A stretch of 64,000 nt of DNA from Eledone cirrhosa (GCA_964016885.1 OZ024747.1:35898001-35962000); one strand, 5' to 3'. Positions 41,741-55,605 are shown, counted from the first letter of the stretch. Notes: generated by a model from the letters alone, not told the origin. Made by a program: numbers and translations.

Positions 41741-43571
41741 TACGGATTAATAGGCAAAGTAATAAACTATTGTGATGACGTTTATGCTGAAAAATAAAAT
41801 ACATACTGTTATATGTAGAAAAACAATGTAGTTACGTTTACATTAGGAATCCATGATTTTGATGTGTCAAGAGGTTGTCATCGGGCTAATATTTCCCACA
41901 TGATAGATGAATTATTGACAGCATTACCGTCGCAGCCTTATCCTTTTCCAGGAAAGCGTATATGTTTGTGATACTAATTAAATGGACAATGAATGTTATG
42001 GAAACGTTGTGATGAATGTGTGCATTATATAGGTGGTTTCACCTGGGGACTTGAAATTGGAAGATCTGTCTGCCGTGATACTTCGTAAATAATCATCGTA
42101 CTTCAGAAAGTTTATAAGCGATATTTTAATGGACTGTCATAGAACATTCGATGAGAGACCAGATGTATATGCTGAATCGGTTTAGGTGCGAGCCCACGTC
42201 GTCTTTGTGATTATCTATAACATTTAATTTGAATTGAAATGAGTGAGATCTCCGGGTGTTAGACCGTATTTTATCTCTGTATCCCTGCTGGCACAAAATA
42301 CCTGTGAATCAGGTGCAATGATGTGTGTAGGATGCAGCGGAAAAGCCAACAGGATGTCTTTGGTAGCTTAGTTAGTTGTGTCGGTCAATATTTCTGTTAA
42401 ACTAGTGTTAAGGGAACAATAATAAACTTAGAGTACAACCAAACCTGTCTGAATTGAAGTTGTTTGGCGCCATTCAGAAAAGCACGTTTAAAATGGTTAT
42501 CTACATGTGCGATATTGCTAATATGAGGATGTCCTCCATATAAATGTAAAGAATCGTAAATTGGAATAGAAAAGCAACATTGACGCGCCCTTCTGCTAAG
42601 AAAGAGGTGTGGACAGAATGGCAATGTTACTGTTATGTTGTAATTAATTTGAAAAATTATTTTGCTTATATCTTCTGACATAGCAGTGCTTTCACCAGAC
42701 AGGAAACCGGTGACATTGTTGATGATCAAATTCCTAGATATATATATATAAAAACATACTATAAACAGATATGGTGTAGATGTTTTAATATAGTAGCAGA
42801 ATGTTGTCTAATTCGATCAATGTTGGATTAATTGATCATGATTGAGAGTGAAATCCACGTTTACTGTGATACTTATGAAACATTTTTATATTGAATTGAG
42901 TCTGTTAGTTTCTTACAATCTAATAACTTTGTTATATCTGATACAGTAACATTGAGAAAGATAGAATCAGCAATGAATTCGTACATTTACACCGCAAGAA
43001 TCAAATGTAAAACTTCATTGAATATACAAACCCAATAAAAATGCGATAATGGTCATCGAATAGAATGAAAAACTGAAACTAACAAGTGTAGTACATTACG
43101 ATAGAGAGAAATGATAATTCAAATTAAAATATCGTACTGTGAATCATTTGAAAATTAAACATGAAGACATTGATAATGTCGTACATTGTGATTGTTATTT
43201 TGTTTGCTGTCGTTTTTGATGTCATTTCACATGTTATTCCTGTTGCTTTGTTGTTGCGGCACTTGTTATTTCCAGTATTGTTAACGTTACACTTGTTATT
43301 TCTCATTTTTGAAGTTCACGTTTACATGTTTATCAGAACCAATATTTAATGTTATTATAGTTATGGTTTGGTGGGATATATGGCTGGAAACGCTACCAGG
43401 CCAGATGAATGCGTCAGTTATATGGTTGATGTGGTCGTGGATTGTCTTGTTGTTGAAAGGTATATGTGGTGTGGTAAGTACATATAAGCATGTATATTAG
43501 GTCTGAAGATTTTGTATCATTTAGAAATCTAGTGTTTGAATCAAAATAATCATAATGTTCAGAATGCTTTT

Positions 43572-43776
<205 letters not shown>

Positions 43777-44344
43777 AAAAGTAATTTCCAAAAATGTATT
43801 ATGACATGATACATTTAGCCCATGAAATTTTCTGAATAGAAAATTATATGTATTACGTATTGCATCATGAGTGTATTGGACGAACGTTTCATTACTATGG
43901 CCTCATCTCTTACTGAACCTGTCTTCTAGCTAATCCTTTATTTTTAGAAATCGAAATATAAATGGAAATCAAGTGTACGTGACAAATTATAGAAATCGGA
44001 TTCACTCAACGCCTTGCAGGTACTTGTTACTAGATCAACTAATTTCTTAATGGTATTCGTTTATTAAAGTAGCAGGGAATAGATGGCTATGCATATAATA
44101 GGGAAAAGATTAGATGCAAGTAAAGACATGCGTAATAAACTTCTAAGGAAGTGGGAGGAACAAATGTAATTAGATTTAGAAATCAATGACAATATAAGGT
44201 TGTACATTTGCAATGGGAAAACATCTAAATAACTTATGGCAATTATCTAAGAATAATTAATGAATACATAACAATTTTAATTGCAAAGTGTAATTAAGAA
44301 TGGTAGAGGAAATGTATACCAACGCGGATACACACATGAATCTA

Positions 44345-44940
44345 TGGATATCCCCCCACCCTGATCCAAGCTGCTCTCAGCCGCGCCCGTGAAACAGACC
44401 TTACCACAGCACTCTCACCTCGCTCCCGCACTCCCAACACCCTCGTTCCTTTCCTTCTCACCTACCACCCCATCACCCTACCACTCCGGTAACATATCAT
44501 CCGTTGCTTCCGCATCCTCTCTTCTGACCCCGTCACTTTTCGTTTTTTTCCAAACCGCCAATTACTGCTTTTAAGCGCGACTGCAACCTCGGCGACCTCC
44601 TGGTACGCAGTTCCTTCTCGTCCACTCCCACGACTCCACCCGACTCTCATCCTTGTTTTCGTCCCCGCTGCAACACTTGTCCCTTCATTTCCACTCTCTC
44701 CACTCTCACAGGCCCTAATGGGACGCCGTATGGTGGAACGTTTTGCTGATTATTTGAGGAGCACACGACTAGGTTGGATAATCCTGTCACCCGTCATTTC
44801 TGTTCTCCTCGTCATTCTTCCCTGCATGTTACAGTCCTGGATGTCCTTGGATCTCAGGCCTCGCGCATCAGGACTGAACAGAGCCCGATTCACCACCTTG
44901 GGTCCTAATCCCCTCTTGGACTCAACTCACCTCCCCAATT
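44345..44940 (+). pseudogene. Neptune-like PLE fragment (post-RT linker, EN partly deleted)
   Basis: GYPPTLIQAALSRA, VPFLLTYHP, PITAFKRDCNLGDLLVRS, PCFRPRCNTCPFI, then a jump to GRRMVERFADYLRS. Confidence 0.75.
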
Positions 44941-45207
44941 TCTTTCATACCACGTCTATTATCACACGTGCTTGTACATTCACCGCTAGATTCATATCGC
45001 TCTCTCCTGATCATTAACATCTTCTCATACAACTAATACATGCCGACTATATATTCTCATTCCAGTTTTAACTTCACTGATCTGAATACACACATACACA
45101 CCCTTATATTAACATACGTTTGCTCATAGCTTCGTACTTACATGCGCACACACACTTTTATTTAGATTTCTTCTTAGCTTCATACGGATATGTAATAACA
45201 CATACAA

Positions 45208-45283
<76 letters not shown>

Positions 45284-45352
45284 ACACACACACACACCCA
45301 CACCCACACATACACACACACACAAACACACAAACACACACACACACACACA

Positions 45353-45387
<35 letters not shown>

Positions 45388-45923
45388 TTACGCACGTGTA
45401 TCAATAAGCTGTTAAATGTTTCCTGAGGGCACCTTAATAAAGCGAAAACATCATAGATACACCACTTATGTGGAGTGGATAGTTTTCTCCATCGGGACAG
45501 AGGGCTGTACAACAATGGGATGGATAACAATTGAATTTGCCCTCCACGGGCCGAGTTTTACCCAGACAAATGGGATTTATGGGCTCTGGTTGGGAAATAC
45601 GGGGGAATTTTCCAAAAGTGAATACCGGGTGGAACCTTTTGCGAATCGAATAGAAATCTTCAACGGGCCACAGTTGACACGCGGGCCGTAAGTATATTTA
45701 AAAATTACCAACCCACCCTAGGCTGTGTCATCTTTGTTGCTAATATGCGTATATTTAACCGAATGGAACATCTTACGGGACGGATAGAAGGCCACTGCGG
45801 GTCGCATTAACCAGTTGGCCGTGGTGTGGACATCCCCGACGATAACCGGGTTTTCCTATAAGACTTAATTCAACCGAGAGCTTCGTCAAGTGTTATTTCT
45901 GTACAAACAATTGTATTACTTAA

Positions 45924-45952
45924 ACCCTAGCAACGTTGGGTACCTCAGCTAG
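45924..45952 (+). mobile_element. Possible Helitron 3' terminus
   Basis: Imperfect hairpin ACCCTAGCAACGTTGGGT followed 7 nt later by CTAG|T; no 5' end identified. Confidence 0.4.
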
Positions 45953-47130
45953 TAATCAATAAATAAGATTTATATATTGACCAAATTAATTCAAATTTAG
46001 AGCTGGATATTTTAAAACTCAGAATTGATTTCTTTATCCTAAATGTGTGGATGCGTTGGAGAATTATTATATAAATATTCTTATTCTAGCCAATACTGTC
46101 TCTAAGTGGGACATCTCAGGTAATTAAGTTTCTCTTCCCCTTACATGATTTCAGAGACATAATTTCATTTTAAAGTTATAATTTTATTTTCATTCTTCCT
46201 AAAATGACATGCATATCCCTTAAATGAATTTGAAGCATTATGCCTAATCAAAATCTTCATATTTGAAACTTCATAATTATGTGATCCCTAGCGGACACTT
46301 AAAAAGTAAAAAAAAGAAAAACAATATAAATTTAAAATCTATCATTTCATCAAAAGAATGGACGTTAATTCAATTCGTCATTTGAAGCCGAAAGATAATA
46401 TAGTCATGAAAGTCGTCAACGACGATCTGCTGTAAAATTTGCGATTTAGTAACCAGAATTTCTTTTTATCAAAGTTTCCATTGTTTATTGAAAATCATTA
46501 GTTGGTTCTTGTTAATAATATTCTAAAGATATTAACAATAATTCGATATCGACATTTTTGCGGTATCGTTGACGATCAGTACAGTGCAAATATTTGAATA
46601 CCTTCCTCGTATGATCTCAACCAATATTCGGTATGGAATATGATGCTTTGATGTATTACGTGATGTTAAGTCCGAGCTTCGTGAATCTTATGTAGTTGAA
46701 ATATCCATTAAATTCATGAACCTCCCTCGTTTACCCTCCCCATACTGATACAACATTTAATTCCATTACAAGTCTTCTGATATTTTGATCATTTAGTTCT
46801 TGCATGATTTTATGAAGTTTGTACACAACTTAATAGATCTAAACTGCTTAAAATATACCTCTAGTGGCATTAAAATGTACGATTTGGGGGTAACATATGC
46901 TTAGATATATCTGAAAGCAAAATGGCTAGTCACATCTGGAACAACTTTAAAATCTCACAGGAAAAATAATTCATCCAAAGAGGCAAGCTCTATAGGAAAA
47001 TTAAGGTATGTCATGCCTTAATCAAAATTTAACAACTGCAAGTAAAGCCAGTTGGTGTTTAAGTATTGCAGAATATAGTTACGAACGGGTTGAATCGTCA
47101 TTTCGATGTGGAGAGAAATTTATTTATGGA

Positions 47131-47244
47131 TAATAATTGTTTTTAGTCTTGGGACAAGGTTAGCACAGTGGTGCCTTATTTTATCGACCCCGCGTGGATG
47201 AAAGGCCAAGTTAACCTCGGTGGGATTTGAAGTCAGACCGTAAA
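47131..47244 (-). mobile_element. SINE copy
   Basis: Reverse complement reads TTCAAATCCCACCGAGGTTAACTTGGCCTTTCATCC...GGGGTCGATAAAAT. Confidence 0.7.
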
Positions 47245-48292
47245 ATGCACAATAACATTATGTTCATATTGGTTGCTAAAGTATTTGGTAATACGAAGCT
47301 ATACGTGATGAGTTTAACTTAATATTTCTGGTAATAATTGTACGTCAACCTAAATCAGTAAGTCGCACTTACTACGGATTAATGTAAAAGCTCATCGTAC
47401 AGTGTTTGAAAATATTTTTTTTTAAATGCAGCACATAATTTTAAAATACCTTCACATACGATATTAAGAAAGATAGTGTGGGGCTATTATTCAACAGGTG
47501 TTGGAATATATTTCCATCTCAGCATATTTTCAAACATTGCTACCTACAATCATTAGTCATAGCAATTACATGCAACCTGCACCTGATGGTTGTGATCCAT
47601 TAATATCAGCTCCATTTATTTGCCTGTCCCAATCCGTCTTCATTGTATCTGCAATATGCCAAGTAACTCATGGATTATATCTTATATATACCAGAAGATG
47701 TCTAAATAAAACACGTTAGATAACCAAGAATATTAAGAACATCTCTTGGCCCTAAGACGATATGATTTTATAAGACCCAAACGAATATAATATTGAAATG
47801 TGAATGGCATTCTGAAACTGTAAAAATATTAGAAAAAGTAAAACAAATATTAAGATCGATAAGGTTATGGAAAAAAAGAAATACATAGAAGTTCCTCAAC
47901 ACAGAAGCATGGATGAAATGAGAAATAAGAACGAAACTATATAAAGCTAAATTTTCTAGAATATTGTGGGAACAATTTGAAATTATTGATAGAAAAATGA
48001 ATTTTGTAACTGTGAATAATAGATGTATTTAACCTCTTTAAATATTACAGAAAATAATAATTAAATATCGATCGTTATTGATTTGGGAAGAAGCATCATA
48101 TTGTGGATTGGAAATATGAATTCAACAAAAATGTTCGATGGGAAACATCTGCGTGCAAGGATGGAAGTAGGTCATAGGGATTGCCTGGAAATGGGAAACA
48201 AAGAAGGCTAAATACTAAAGATAAAGTTGAATATGAGCATATAAGTGAGGAGGTAAGGAACATGCTACTACTACTACTACTACTACTACTAC

Positions 48293-48328
<36 letters not shown>

Positions 48329-48588
48329 TTTCTTTATTAACCACAAGGGTTTACATAAAGTAGACATTAAGGACAGTGCAGGACAATGCAGGACGGTACA
48401 AATGGGCATTTCTGCGTGTAAAAAAACAAAAACAGAGGATGTAACAAAAATAACAATGAGAATAACAATGAAAAATTCCCCAATAGGGGGGAGACTTCGG
48501 AGGGACATTTGTGGAGAAAGCCCAGTAAAAAGCCACAATGACCCTGACCACCAAGGCAAGTGCCCTCTCCCAGTTTTCCACCTTTAAT

Positions 48589-51500
48589 TTACAGATATAT
48601 ACTCAGAGTAGGCCCATTCACTCGGGCCATTCTTGCTTCTCTCACCCATCTTTCAACAAAATGCTGGGAAGAGAGCACTTCCCTCTCTACTCTGATTTTT
48701 CTTTTCAAATGAAATTTGAAAAAGTCAATCAGAGCATCACCGAAGAGGTAAGTGCTCGTCTTCAGCCCTTTCAAACGTGTCCACCATACTATCTCTTTCG
48801 CCATGGCCACCAGACAGATAAAAACTGCCTGCCCTTCCCGGCTAAAGGAGGAGGGCGGGGCAATCCTCACGATGGACTCAGATGATAGCCGGATCCGTCC
48901 TAAACGCGACAGCAGGTGTTCGACATAAACCCACAAGTCAGCAATATTCGGACACTGGACGAGTGCGTGCAGGACGGTTTCGTCGCCCTGCGCGCATCTC
49001 GGACATGCCCGGCTGACGGCACCTCCATGCCTGTAGAGTTTATCCCGAACTGGCAAGGCTCCTCGGTAGTACTGCCAGGCCAGAGATTTCTGGAAGTTGT
49101 CCATAGGCCCCGGCCCGAAAGTTCTTCCGAAGAGATTGGCTAGTTGATTTTCGTCGACGCCTAGAGTTTCCCCAAGTACGTCGTCGCTCTTACCCTCCAC
49201 TAATCCTCTTGAGAACGCCGAGGTGGAGTTTCCACCGATCACATTGCCCGATTGGTCGAAGGCTGTGAGCGCCTGAAGACATTCCAGTCTCCAGGCGCTC
49301 CCTCTCGGTCTTCGCTTGACCCAGGACTGCAGCTCCGTCAAGGAAACGAGCTGGGGAAATACGCGCCTAGCAAACGGCGACCACACCTGATCACCGTCGA
49401 GGAAGAGGTGGAGATGTCGTAGCCTGAGCGGGTGCCTGCGCATCATCAGCCACGGCATGCCCAGCCCTCCACGTAGCGGGTGTTGACAACAGATGGACCG
49501 CCTGACCATCGGAGCACGTCCCTTCCACAAAAAGCGAAAGAGCAAACGCACCAGCGCAGTCAGGCGAGGCTTAGGACAAGGTACGACGGTCAGGCGGTAG
49601 CAGATAATAGACGCGATGTACGCGTTAGCGACCTCCGCTCGACCTTTCAGGGATAGCTTCCTCTCCGCCCATTTCTGGGTGAGAGAAGCCACCCTGCTCG
49701 TCACCTCGTCCCAGATTTTGTCCGTCTGGAGGTCCGGACCGAACCAGACCCCTAGCAATTTAACCGGTCCGTCCGTCCAGCGTCCGATGACGCTGTTGGA
49801 CGGCATGGACCTGCCTCTCCAGGTGCCGAGCTGCAGGCCCACTGACTTTTCCTGGTTGATCATTGCTCCTGTCACCGCTTCGTATTCTCTTAGTGTAGTG
49901 CCGATCGCCTCGATGTGTTTGGCATTCGACACCACTACGGTGACATCGTCAGCATATGCTGACACGGATCTTCCGCATCCTAGTTCGCGCGGGACTCCCC
50001 TCAACGTCTCCAGTTTGTGCAGTAATGGCTCGAGAGTCAATACGTACAAGAGGGACGAGAGGGGACATCCTTGGCTGACCGAGCGCATGATGTTGAACAG
50101 TTCCGACAGGTGACCGTTCACTCTCACCACAGAGCAGATGTCGCTGTGCATGGCAGCGATCCAGCCTCTGAAGACGGGCCCAAAGCCAGCCGCCCTCAGG
50201 ACTGCCGCTAGGTAACGATGGTCGACCCTATCGAAAGCTTTCGACTGATCTAAATTGATCAAGGACCCACCCGTGCCAGGTTCCTTAGCTACCCTCTCTA
50301 TGATGTATCGCATGAGGTGGAGGTTGTCGTGGATGGATCTGTCGGGAATGGCGCATGTCTGCGCCTCTCCCACCAGACCACCAACGACAAGCGCCAACCT
50401 CTTTGCTAGCACCTTGGCCAAAATCTTGAACTCTGTGTTTAGCAGAGTTATGGGCCGGAAATTGTCTATGTTATCCCCTTTGTTCGGATCCTTTCTCAGC
50501 AGAGCCACCGCTCTTCGGCTCACAGAACTGGGAATTCTCCCGTTCTGTTGCCAGTTGCAGTAGACGTCCGCCAAGAGGCCTCCGAACAAGTCTGGCATCT
50601 GTACGTAAAGTTCATAGGGCAGACCATCCAAACCAGGCGATTTACCCCTTGTGCAACTAGTCATTGCATCCCGTACTTCAGCGGTTGTTATCGGCTTTTC
50701 GCAACACTCCGCCTCAGTGGCCGAAAGCCGCGGCAGTCCGTCGAGGTAGACACTAAAGTCCATCCCTCTACCCGGCCCACTGCTGCCCCCGAACAGCTGA
50801 GCGAAGTGTCGCTGAAAAGCTTCACACATTTGCCCGGGATCGAGTAGCATGCGCCCGTCGTGGTCCACCAAAGACCGGATCGTGGCTTTGTTGCCACGAC
50901 GCGCCTCCGCCACTCGGGCCCATTGAACGGCTGTCGTCCCCTCGTGTCTGAGAGCACGCACCCTTGCTCTGACAACGCAGCCTTCGTGCATTGCATTGAA
51001 GAATTGGTCAAGGGCCAATTTCGCCGCAAGCACGTCGGTCGCAATGCCTTTGCTAAGCGCCTCGTCTAATTTTCTAACTAGTTCTCCCTCTGCTCTATTT
51101 TTCTCTATTGCTAAAGCCTTACTAAACCTAATCGATTCTATTCTAATCGCTCTTTTCAGAGCAAACCACCACTTGTTGTTGACGATGGCCCCCGTCAACG
51201 CCCGCTTAACTAGTTCGCTAATCCGGTCTCTGTAGGCCTTGCGCGCTGGTAAGGACGCGTTTAGCTTCCAGTAGCCGGGTCCTCGTCTATGAAGCCTATC
51301 TAAGTAAAGCACACAGATCACGAATTTGTGGTCCGTGTAGCTGACTATCTTGAATTGTGGACAGCCTATGCTAGATCTATCTATTTCCCTACAAAATACT
51401 CTATCTAGATATGATCTGGATGACCCTATGCGGTTTGTCCAAGTCCACATTGGCACATTCGGGAAATCCAATCGGTACTTTTCAGACAGTTCAAAACGCC

Positions 51501-52008
51501 TGAGCAGGTTGGTGAGGCTCTTGCACCCTCCACCCCCATCCGCTAATCCCACACAGTCCCAGCGTGCATCTAAGATCCCGTTCCAGTCGCCCACTAACAC
51601 TAAAGAGCGGGACGTTCCAAGAAAGGTCTCCAGACGCCGGAAGAAATCAGGCCGCCCTGCTCCTGTCGGGGCATAGACGGCCTCTAGCCTGAAAGCTTGC
51701 CCGTCTCCGCTGGTCACGTCCAGCACCACCAGCTTACCCTCTGGGTCCAGGAAGATGGCCCGTATGGCGAGATCCAAACCTCTCCGAAAAAGCACAGCAA
51801 CTCCTCCACCCGATCCAGGACGGCTGGGAGATGCGTACACATCGTAGCCGCCGAAGATCGGTGCGAAGGCCCGTGCTTCGGAGATTCCGGTCTTGCTGAT
51901 GGCCACTACATCTATGTTTAGTGACCTGAGGTCGTTGAGCAGGTGACCCTGCTTCCATGACGACCCCAAGCCACGCGCATTTATGCTGTCTATTCTGAGT
52001 GAGGTCAT
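48589..52008 (-). CDS. Tx1/L1 ORF2: APE endonuclease, reverse transcriptase, C-terminal zinc-binding domain (1139 aa, uninterrupted)
   Basis: SINARG, VYAP, LVGDWN, YLDRVF, TDH; KSPGLDG, FRPITLLN, LDQSKAFDRV, QGCPLS, YADD, KLLG; CPRC...ETVLHALVQC. Confidence 0.95.
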   Translation of the reverse strand: MTSLRIDSINARGLGSSWKQGHLLNDLRSLNIDVVAISKTGISEARAFAPIFGGYDVYASPSRPGSGGGVAVLFRRGLDLAIRAIFLDPEGKLVVLDVTSGDGQAFRLEAVYAPTGAGRPDFFRRLETFLGTSRSLVLVGDWNGILDARWDCVGLADGGGGCKSLTNLLRRFELSEKYRLDFPNVPMWTWTNRIGSSRSYLDRVFCREIDRSSIGCPQFKIVSYTDHKFVICVLYLDRLHRRGPGYWKLNASLPARKAYRDRISELVKRALTGAIVNNKWWFALKRAIRIESIRFSKALAIEKNRAEGELVRKLDEALSKGIATDVLAAKLALDQFFNAMHEGCVVRARVRALRHEGTTAVQWARVAEARRGNKATIRSLVDHDGRMLLDPGQMCEAFQRHFAQLFGGSSGPGRGMDFSVYLDGLPRLSATEAECCEKPITTAEVRDAMTSCTRGKSPGLDGLPYELYVQMPDLFGGLLADVYCNWQQNGRIPSSVSRRAVALLRKDPNKGDNIDNFRPITLLNTEFKILAKVLAKRLALVVGGLVGEAQTCAIPDRSIHDNLHLMRYIIERVAKEPGTGGSLINLDQSKAFDRVDHRYLAAVLRAAGFGPVFRGWIAAMHSDICSVVRVNGHLSELFNIMRSVSQGCPLSSLLYVLTLEPLLHKLETLRGVPRELGCGRSVSAYADDVTVVVSNAKHIEAIGTTLREYEAVTGAMINQEKSVGLQLGTWRGRSMPSNSVIGRWTDGPVKLLGVWFGPDLQTDKIWDEVTSRVASLTQKWAERKLSLKGRAEVANAYIASIICYRLTVVPCPKPRLTALVRLLFRFLWKGRAPMVRRSICCQHPLRGGLGMPWLMMRRHPLRLRHLHLFLDGDQVWSPFARRVFPQLVSLTELQSWVKRRPRGSAWRLECLQALTAFDQSGNVIGGNSTSAFSRGLVEGKSDDVLGETLGVDENQLANLFGRTFGPGPMDNFQKSLAWQYYRGALPVRDKLYRHGGAVSRACPRCAQGDETVLHALVQCPNIADLWVYVEHLLSRLGRIRLSSESIVRIAPPSSFSREGQAVFICLVAMAKEIVWWTRLKGLKTSTYLFGDALIDFFKFHLKRKIRVEREVLSSQHFVERWVREARMARVNGPTLSIYL

Positions 52009-52043
52009 GTTTAAAATAGAGTGTAAAAGATGGGAAAGACCAC

Positions 52044-54144
52044 TTACCGTACTTTTGGTAGAGGAGGGATGGTTTTTACATCCCTTTTCACTTGATCGTC
52101 TGGTGAAGGGACCGTTGAATCGTCCCTTCGGCTGGTCGTCGGCTCTTCTAAGAGAATGTCTGAATATACTCTTCGATTGATGGTTCCTCCTAGGTCCCTG
52201 AAATCACCAACTGCGTTGGGGAATTTCGTTTTAATGTTTGTGTATTGTTTCTGTGCTATTTTTAGTAGTCTTATGTTAGTTGGCGTTTTGATTGGTGCTG
52301 GTATTATGTAGTCCTGTTGTGAAATGTCTGTGTGTTCAATTATGTAAGTCATTAGTTTCTTGTTGTGTGTATTTATTGCCGTGCATTTGTTTTTCTGGGG
52401 GTGGGGTGTGGTTCTGCTATTTTCTTGTCGTTGTTGCTGGGTGTGTGTGTTTTGTTGTTGTGTTTGCGATGTTGGTGCTTGTGGTGGTGGTGTTGAAGGT
52501 GTTGTTGGCGGTGGGGTTGTCGCCGGTGGTGATGGTGGTGCTAGTGTGGGTGGTGATGGTGTTGGTGGTGTTGCTGCTGTGGGTCTCTTTGCAGTAGACT
52601 TTACCCTTTTCTCATTTCTTTCCTCCCTTTTCAAAGGCGACGATGCGCTGCTTCTGCGTTTGTGCCTTCTTACGACCTTTTGCCATCCCTCTCCCACCTC
52701 ACACTCCATGTCTGATTCTGTGAAGTCGGGGAGGGGTACCAGCTCCACTCTTTCACTTGTTGTTGTTGGTGATGTTTGCACTGGAGTCTCTGTTGCAGCT
52801 GCATTTGGTATTGCTGTTGTTGTTAATATTTCCACTGCTGCTGCTGTTTTTGATTTCCGTCGCGTGGGTATGGGTGCCTCGGACCTATCGTTCCTGGTTG
52901 CCGCTTGTCCTGTTGCTGGTAGCCGTGGAGCCGGATTCGGAAGGAGGGGGGGTTTCTCCTTTCTCAGGGTCTTCTCGTTGCAGAAGGCCCTGAGGTGAGT
53001 CTTCGATCCACAGCGAAAGCATTTCGGGCGTTTGCCCTCAACACTTATGGGCAGTTGAGTGCCGTTATCGAAGTCTATCACATCCGGGATAGCTTCGATG
53101 CACTCCTGGTTGGTTTGGATTAGCATCTCAATGGAGGTGCCGACCCAATCTTCTCTTACTTTTTTCTGTACTTGCAGTACAGTTGTTTTGTCCTCGATTC
53201 CGACGAGGACAGACGCGGCCAGCCAAGAAGGGGCCATTCCGGGGGGGCGGGGGGACGTGGATCAGTTTGACCCTCACAATTTTTTGCCCGCAGTAGGAGG
53301 GCACCAACACCATTTCCTCGCTCCTTAGGGTCACTACTGATTGGGCCTTTGCCTCCTGGGGTGTGGCAAAAAGTACGTCTACGGTGGCATATTTTTTGCC
53401 TCGGGGGATGTGCGTTTTCCGCTGCCACACAGACCCCAAGGCTTTTTGTATTTGAGCCGCTGTGGCTCTTTCTACCCTACGGGATTTTGTACTTACTGTA
53501 CGGTACGTGACCGTACAGTGCTGTTGGGTTTCGAAAAAATGTTCCGCTGCCTTGCAGATTGCTCGGTGTCCATTCTTTGTCACCATCTTCTTCGCTTCCT
53601 CTAATTCCTCATTTATTATGAGGATTGTTTCCAAGTTTTTCGCAATACCTGCAAATGAGATTGGTTTTTCTATGCTGCTGCTGTTGTTGTTGTCGTCAGA
53701 GCTGCTGTTACTTTTGTTGTTGCTGCAGGTACTACGACTACTGCCTTCGCCGCTGTTGCTGTGGTTGTTGTTGCTGCTGCTAATGCTGTTGTTGTTTACG
53801 CTGCTGGTGATGCTGTTGCGGCTGCTACTGTTGTTTTCATTGTCACTGTTGCTGTTGTTATTACGGCTGCTACTGCTATTATTCCTGACGTCAGACGAAT
53901 GAACTGAGTTTTCGTATTTCCCGCACACCTGTTTCGTCGCTGTCGTCGTCGTCGTGGAGAAACCTTGCACGCTTTGCACGAGACATTTCTTTTCTTTCGT
54001 CACTTGCGAAAGAGAAGGGAGGGAGAGAGACACATTTAAAGAAGGGAGGGAGAGAGACAATCTTCTCCCTGCTGTAGTGATGATTGAGGAAGAAGAAGAC
54101 GGGATGAGTGGGAGTGACGTATGAAATTTCTTTTTCGTAGCCAT
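52044..54144 (-). pseudogene. Tx1 ORF1 (nucleic-acid-binding, CCHC knuckle), split by a frameshift near the G/C run at ~53240-53255
   Basis: Two overlapping ORFs (53128-54180 and 52044-53237); CFRCGSKTHLRAFC knuckle; GWQKVVRR motif; S/N-rich and P/T-rich low-complexity parts. Confidence 0.8.
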
Positions 54145-54360
54145 GTTGTTTTTTTGTTTAAAATGAAATTTTGGGTACAAAACCCCAATAACTGGTTATT
54201 TAACCCCGAAGGGCCAAATAACGGACAGAAAGACCCCTCTCACGAGGAGGAGGGTGTCTTTATTAACAATTTGGTTCAAGTTTTAAACAATTTACAATTG
54301 TTTTAACGGTTAAAAATTACTATACCTTACAGAGCCGAGCCTCGGTCAACCATGGCATTC

Positions 54361-54399
<39 letters not shown>

Positions 54400-54440
54400 A
54401 ATGATACTACTACTACTACTACTGTTTCTGCAGCTGCTGG

Positions 54441-54481
<41 letters not shown>

Positions 54482-54485
54482 ATAT

Positions 54486-54517
<32 letters not shown>

Positions 54518-54569
54518 ATACTAATAATATTACTACTACTACTACTAATACTACTACTAATACTACTAC

Positions 54570-54644
<75 letters not shown>

Positions 54645-54645
54645 A
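54361..54645. repeat. (AAT)n/(ACT)n trinucleotide microsatellite
   Basis: Read directly. Confidence 0.95.
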
Positions 54646-55570
54646 GACAATGCAACATCCGTGTTTCGCATTGAAGTTCTATTACCGAATTGTGGATAAA
54701 GCAGAGGAGTGTGAAAAAAAATGAAAAAAAATTATAAAGTAATAAAGATGGAAAAAATATTGAGGGACAAAATTGTTTTTAAAAATACACCAAAGAAAAC
54801 GGAGTATCAGGAAAATTCTAGATTTATATTGAAAAGGGAGCTAATGGTGCAGGATCTATTCACTTTATATATGAGTAGGGATCTTGACTGATAAAATATC
54901 ACATTGAAGAAGCAGCTGAATTAATAGGATGTCGTAAAATAAAGATATAGGGACAAAACCAGAAGGATCATATAAAGAATATGAGAAGACTATTTGTGTT
55001 CTACTGAAAATAAAATAAATGAAACCACTCGAATGTCGAAGAACAATGAATGGAATAAAATCAAAAAAGAATTTGTTAAATATGGAGAAAAACAATTGAA
55101 ACGAGAACCAACTGACTGTTAATTTTATCAGAGAAAAGCTGAGAAAACGAATATACGAACAGGTAAGCTGAATTAGGAGATGTTTCTTGTGAGATACAAA
55201 AAAATAAATATAATTAGTGGAAGACATTTGATAGGATCTTCTAGCATTATCAGAAAGAGATTGTAAAGAATATTCTAAAAATATTACGTTTAGAATAAAA
55301 TACGTAGCTAAAATAAGTAAACAAATCTCAAAAGGATTAGAATAAGGTAATAACAGGAACTAGAGGAAAACAGAATATAGTAAAAGTTCAAAAGACATAA
55401 TTTACTCACTTAGAAAAAGAAACAGATATTTCACAGACACAGAAGTTACATGTGCGATTTTGAAGACTAAAGTATAAGGTGATGAAATTGTCATGATATA
55501 ATTCAAACTAGATCTAGGAGAGAGAGCGAGGGAGTGAGAGAGCAAGAAAGAGAACGTGAAAACTATATAG

Positions 55571-55605
<35 letters not shown>

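Larger units (their letters stand above)
48327..54360 (-). mobile_element. Near full-length Tx1/L1-clade LINE inserted in an (AAT)n/(ACT)n microsatellite
   Basis: 5'UTR, ORF1, ORF2 and 3'UTR ending AATAAAGAAATC(ATT)n; (AAT)n abuts both ends (48293-48326 and 54361-54395). Confidence 0.93.

Noticed and set aside
43370-43480. Minus-strand FQQQDNPRPH...WP resembling a Tc1/mariner motif
   Set aside because: One short motif with no TIRs or further catalytic context.
45660-45840. GCGGGCCG...GGACATCCCC similar to hAT/Charlie subterminal motifs
   Set aside because: No matching second TIR or 8-bp TSD found.
48916-53902. Plus-strand ORFs overlapping the Tx1 element
   Set aside because: Antisense shadows of GC-rich ORF1/ORF2.
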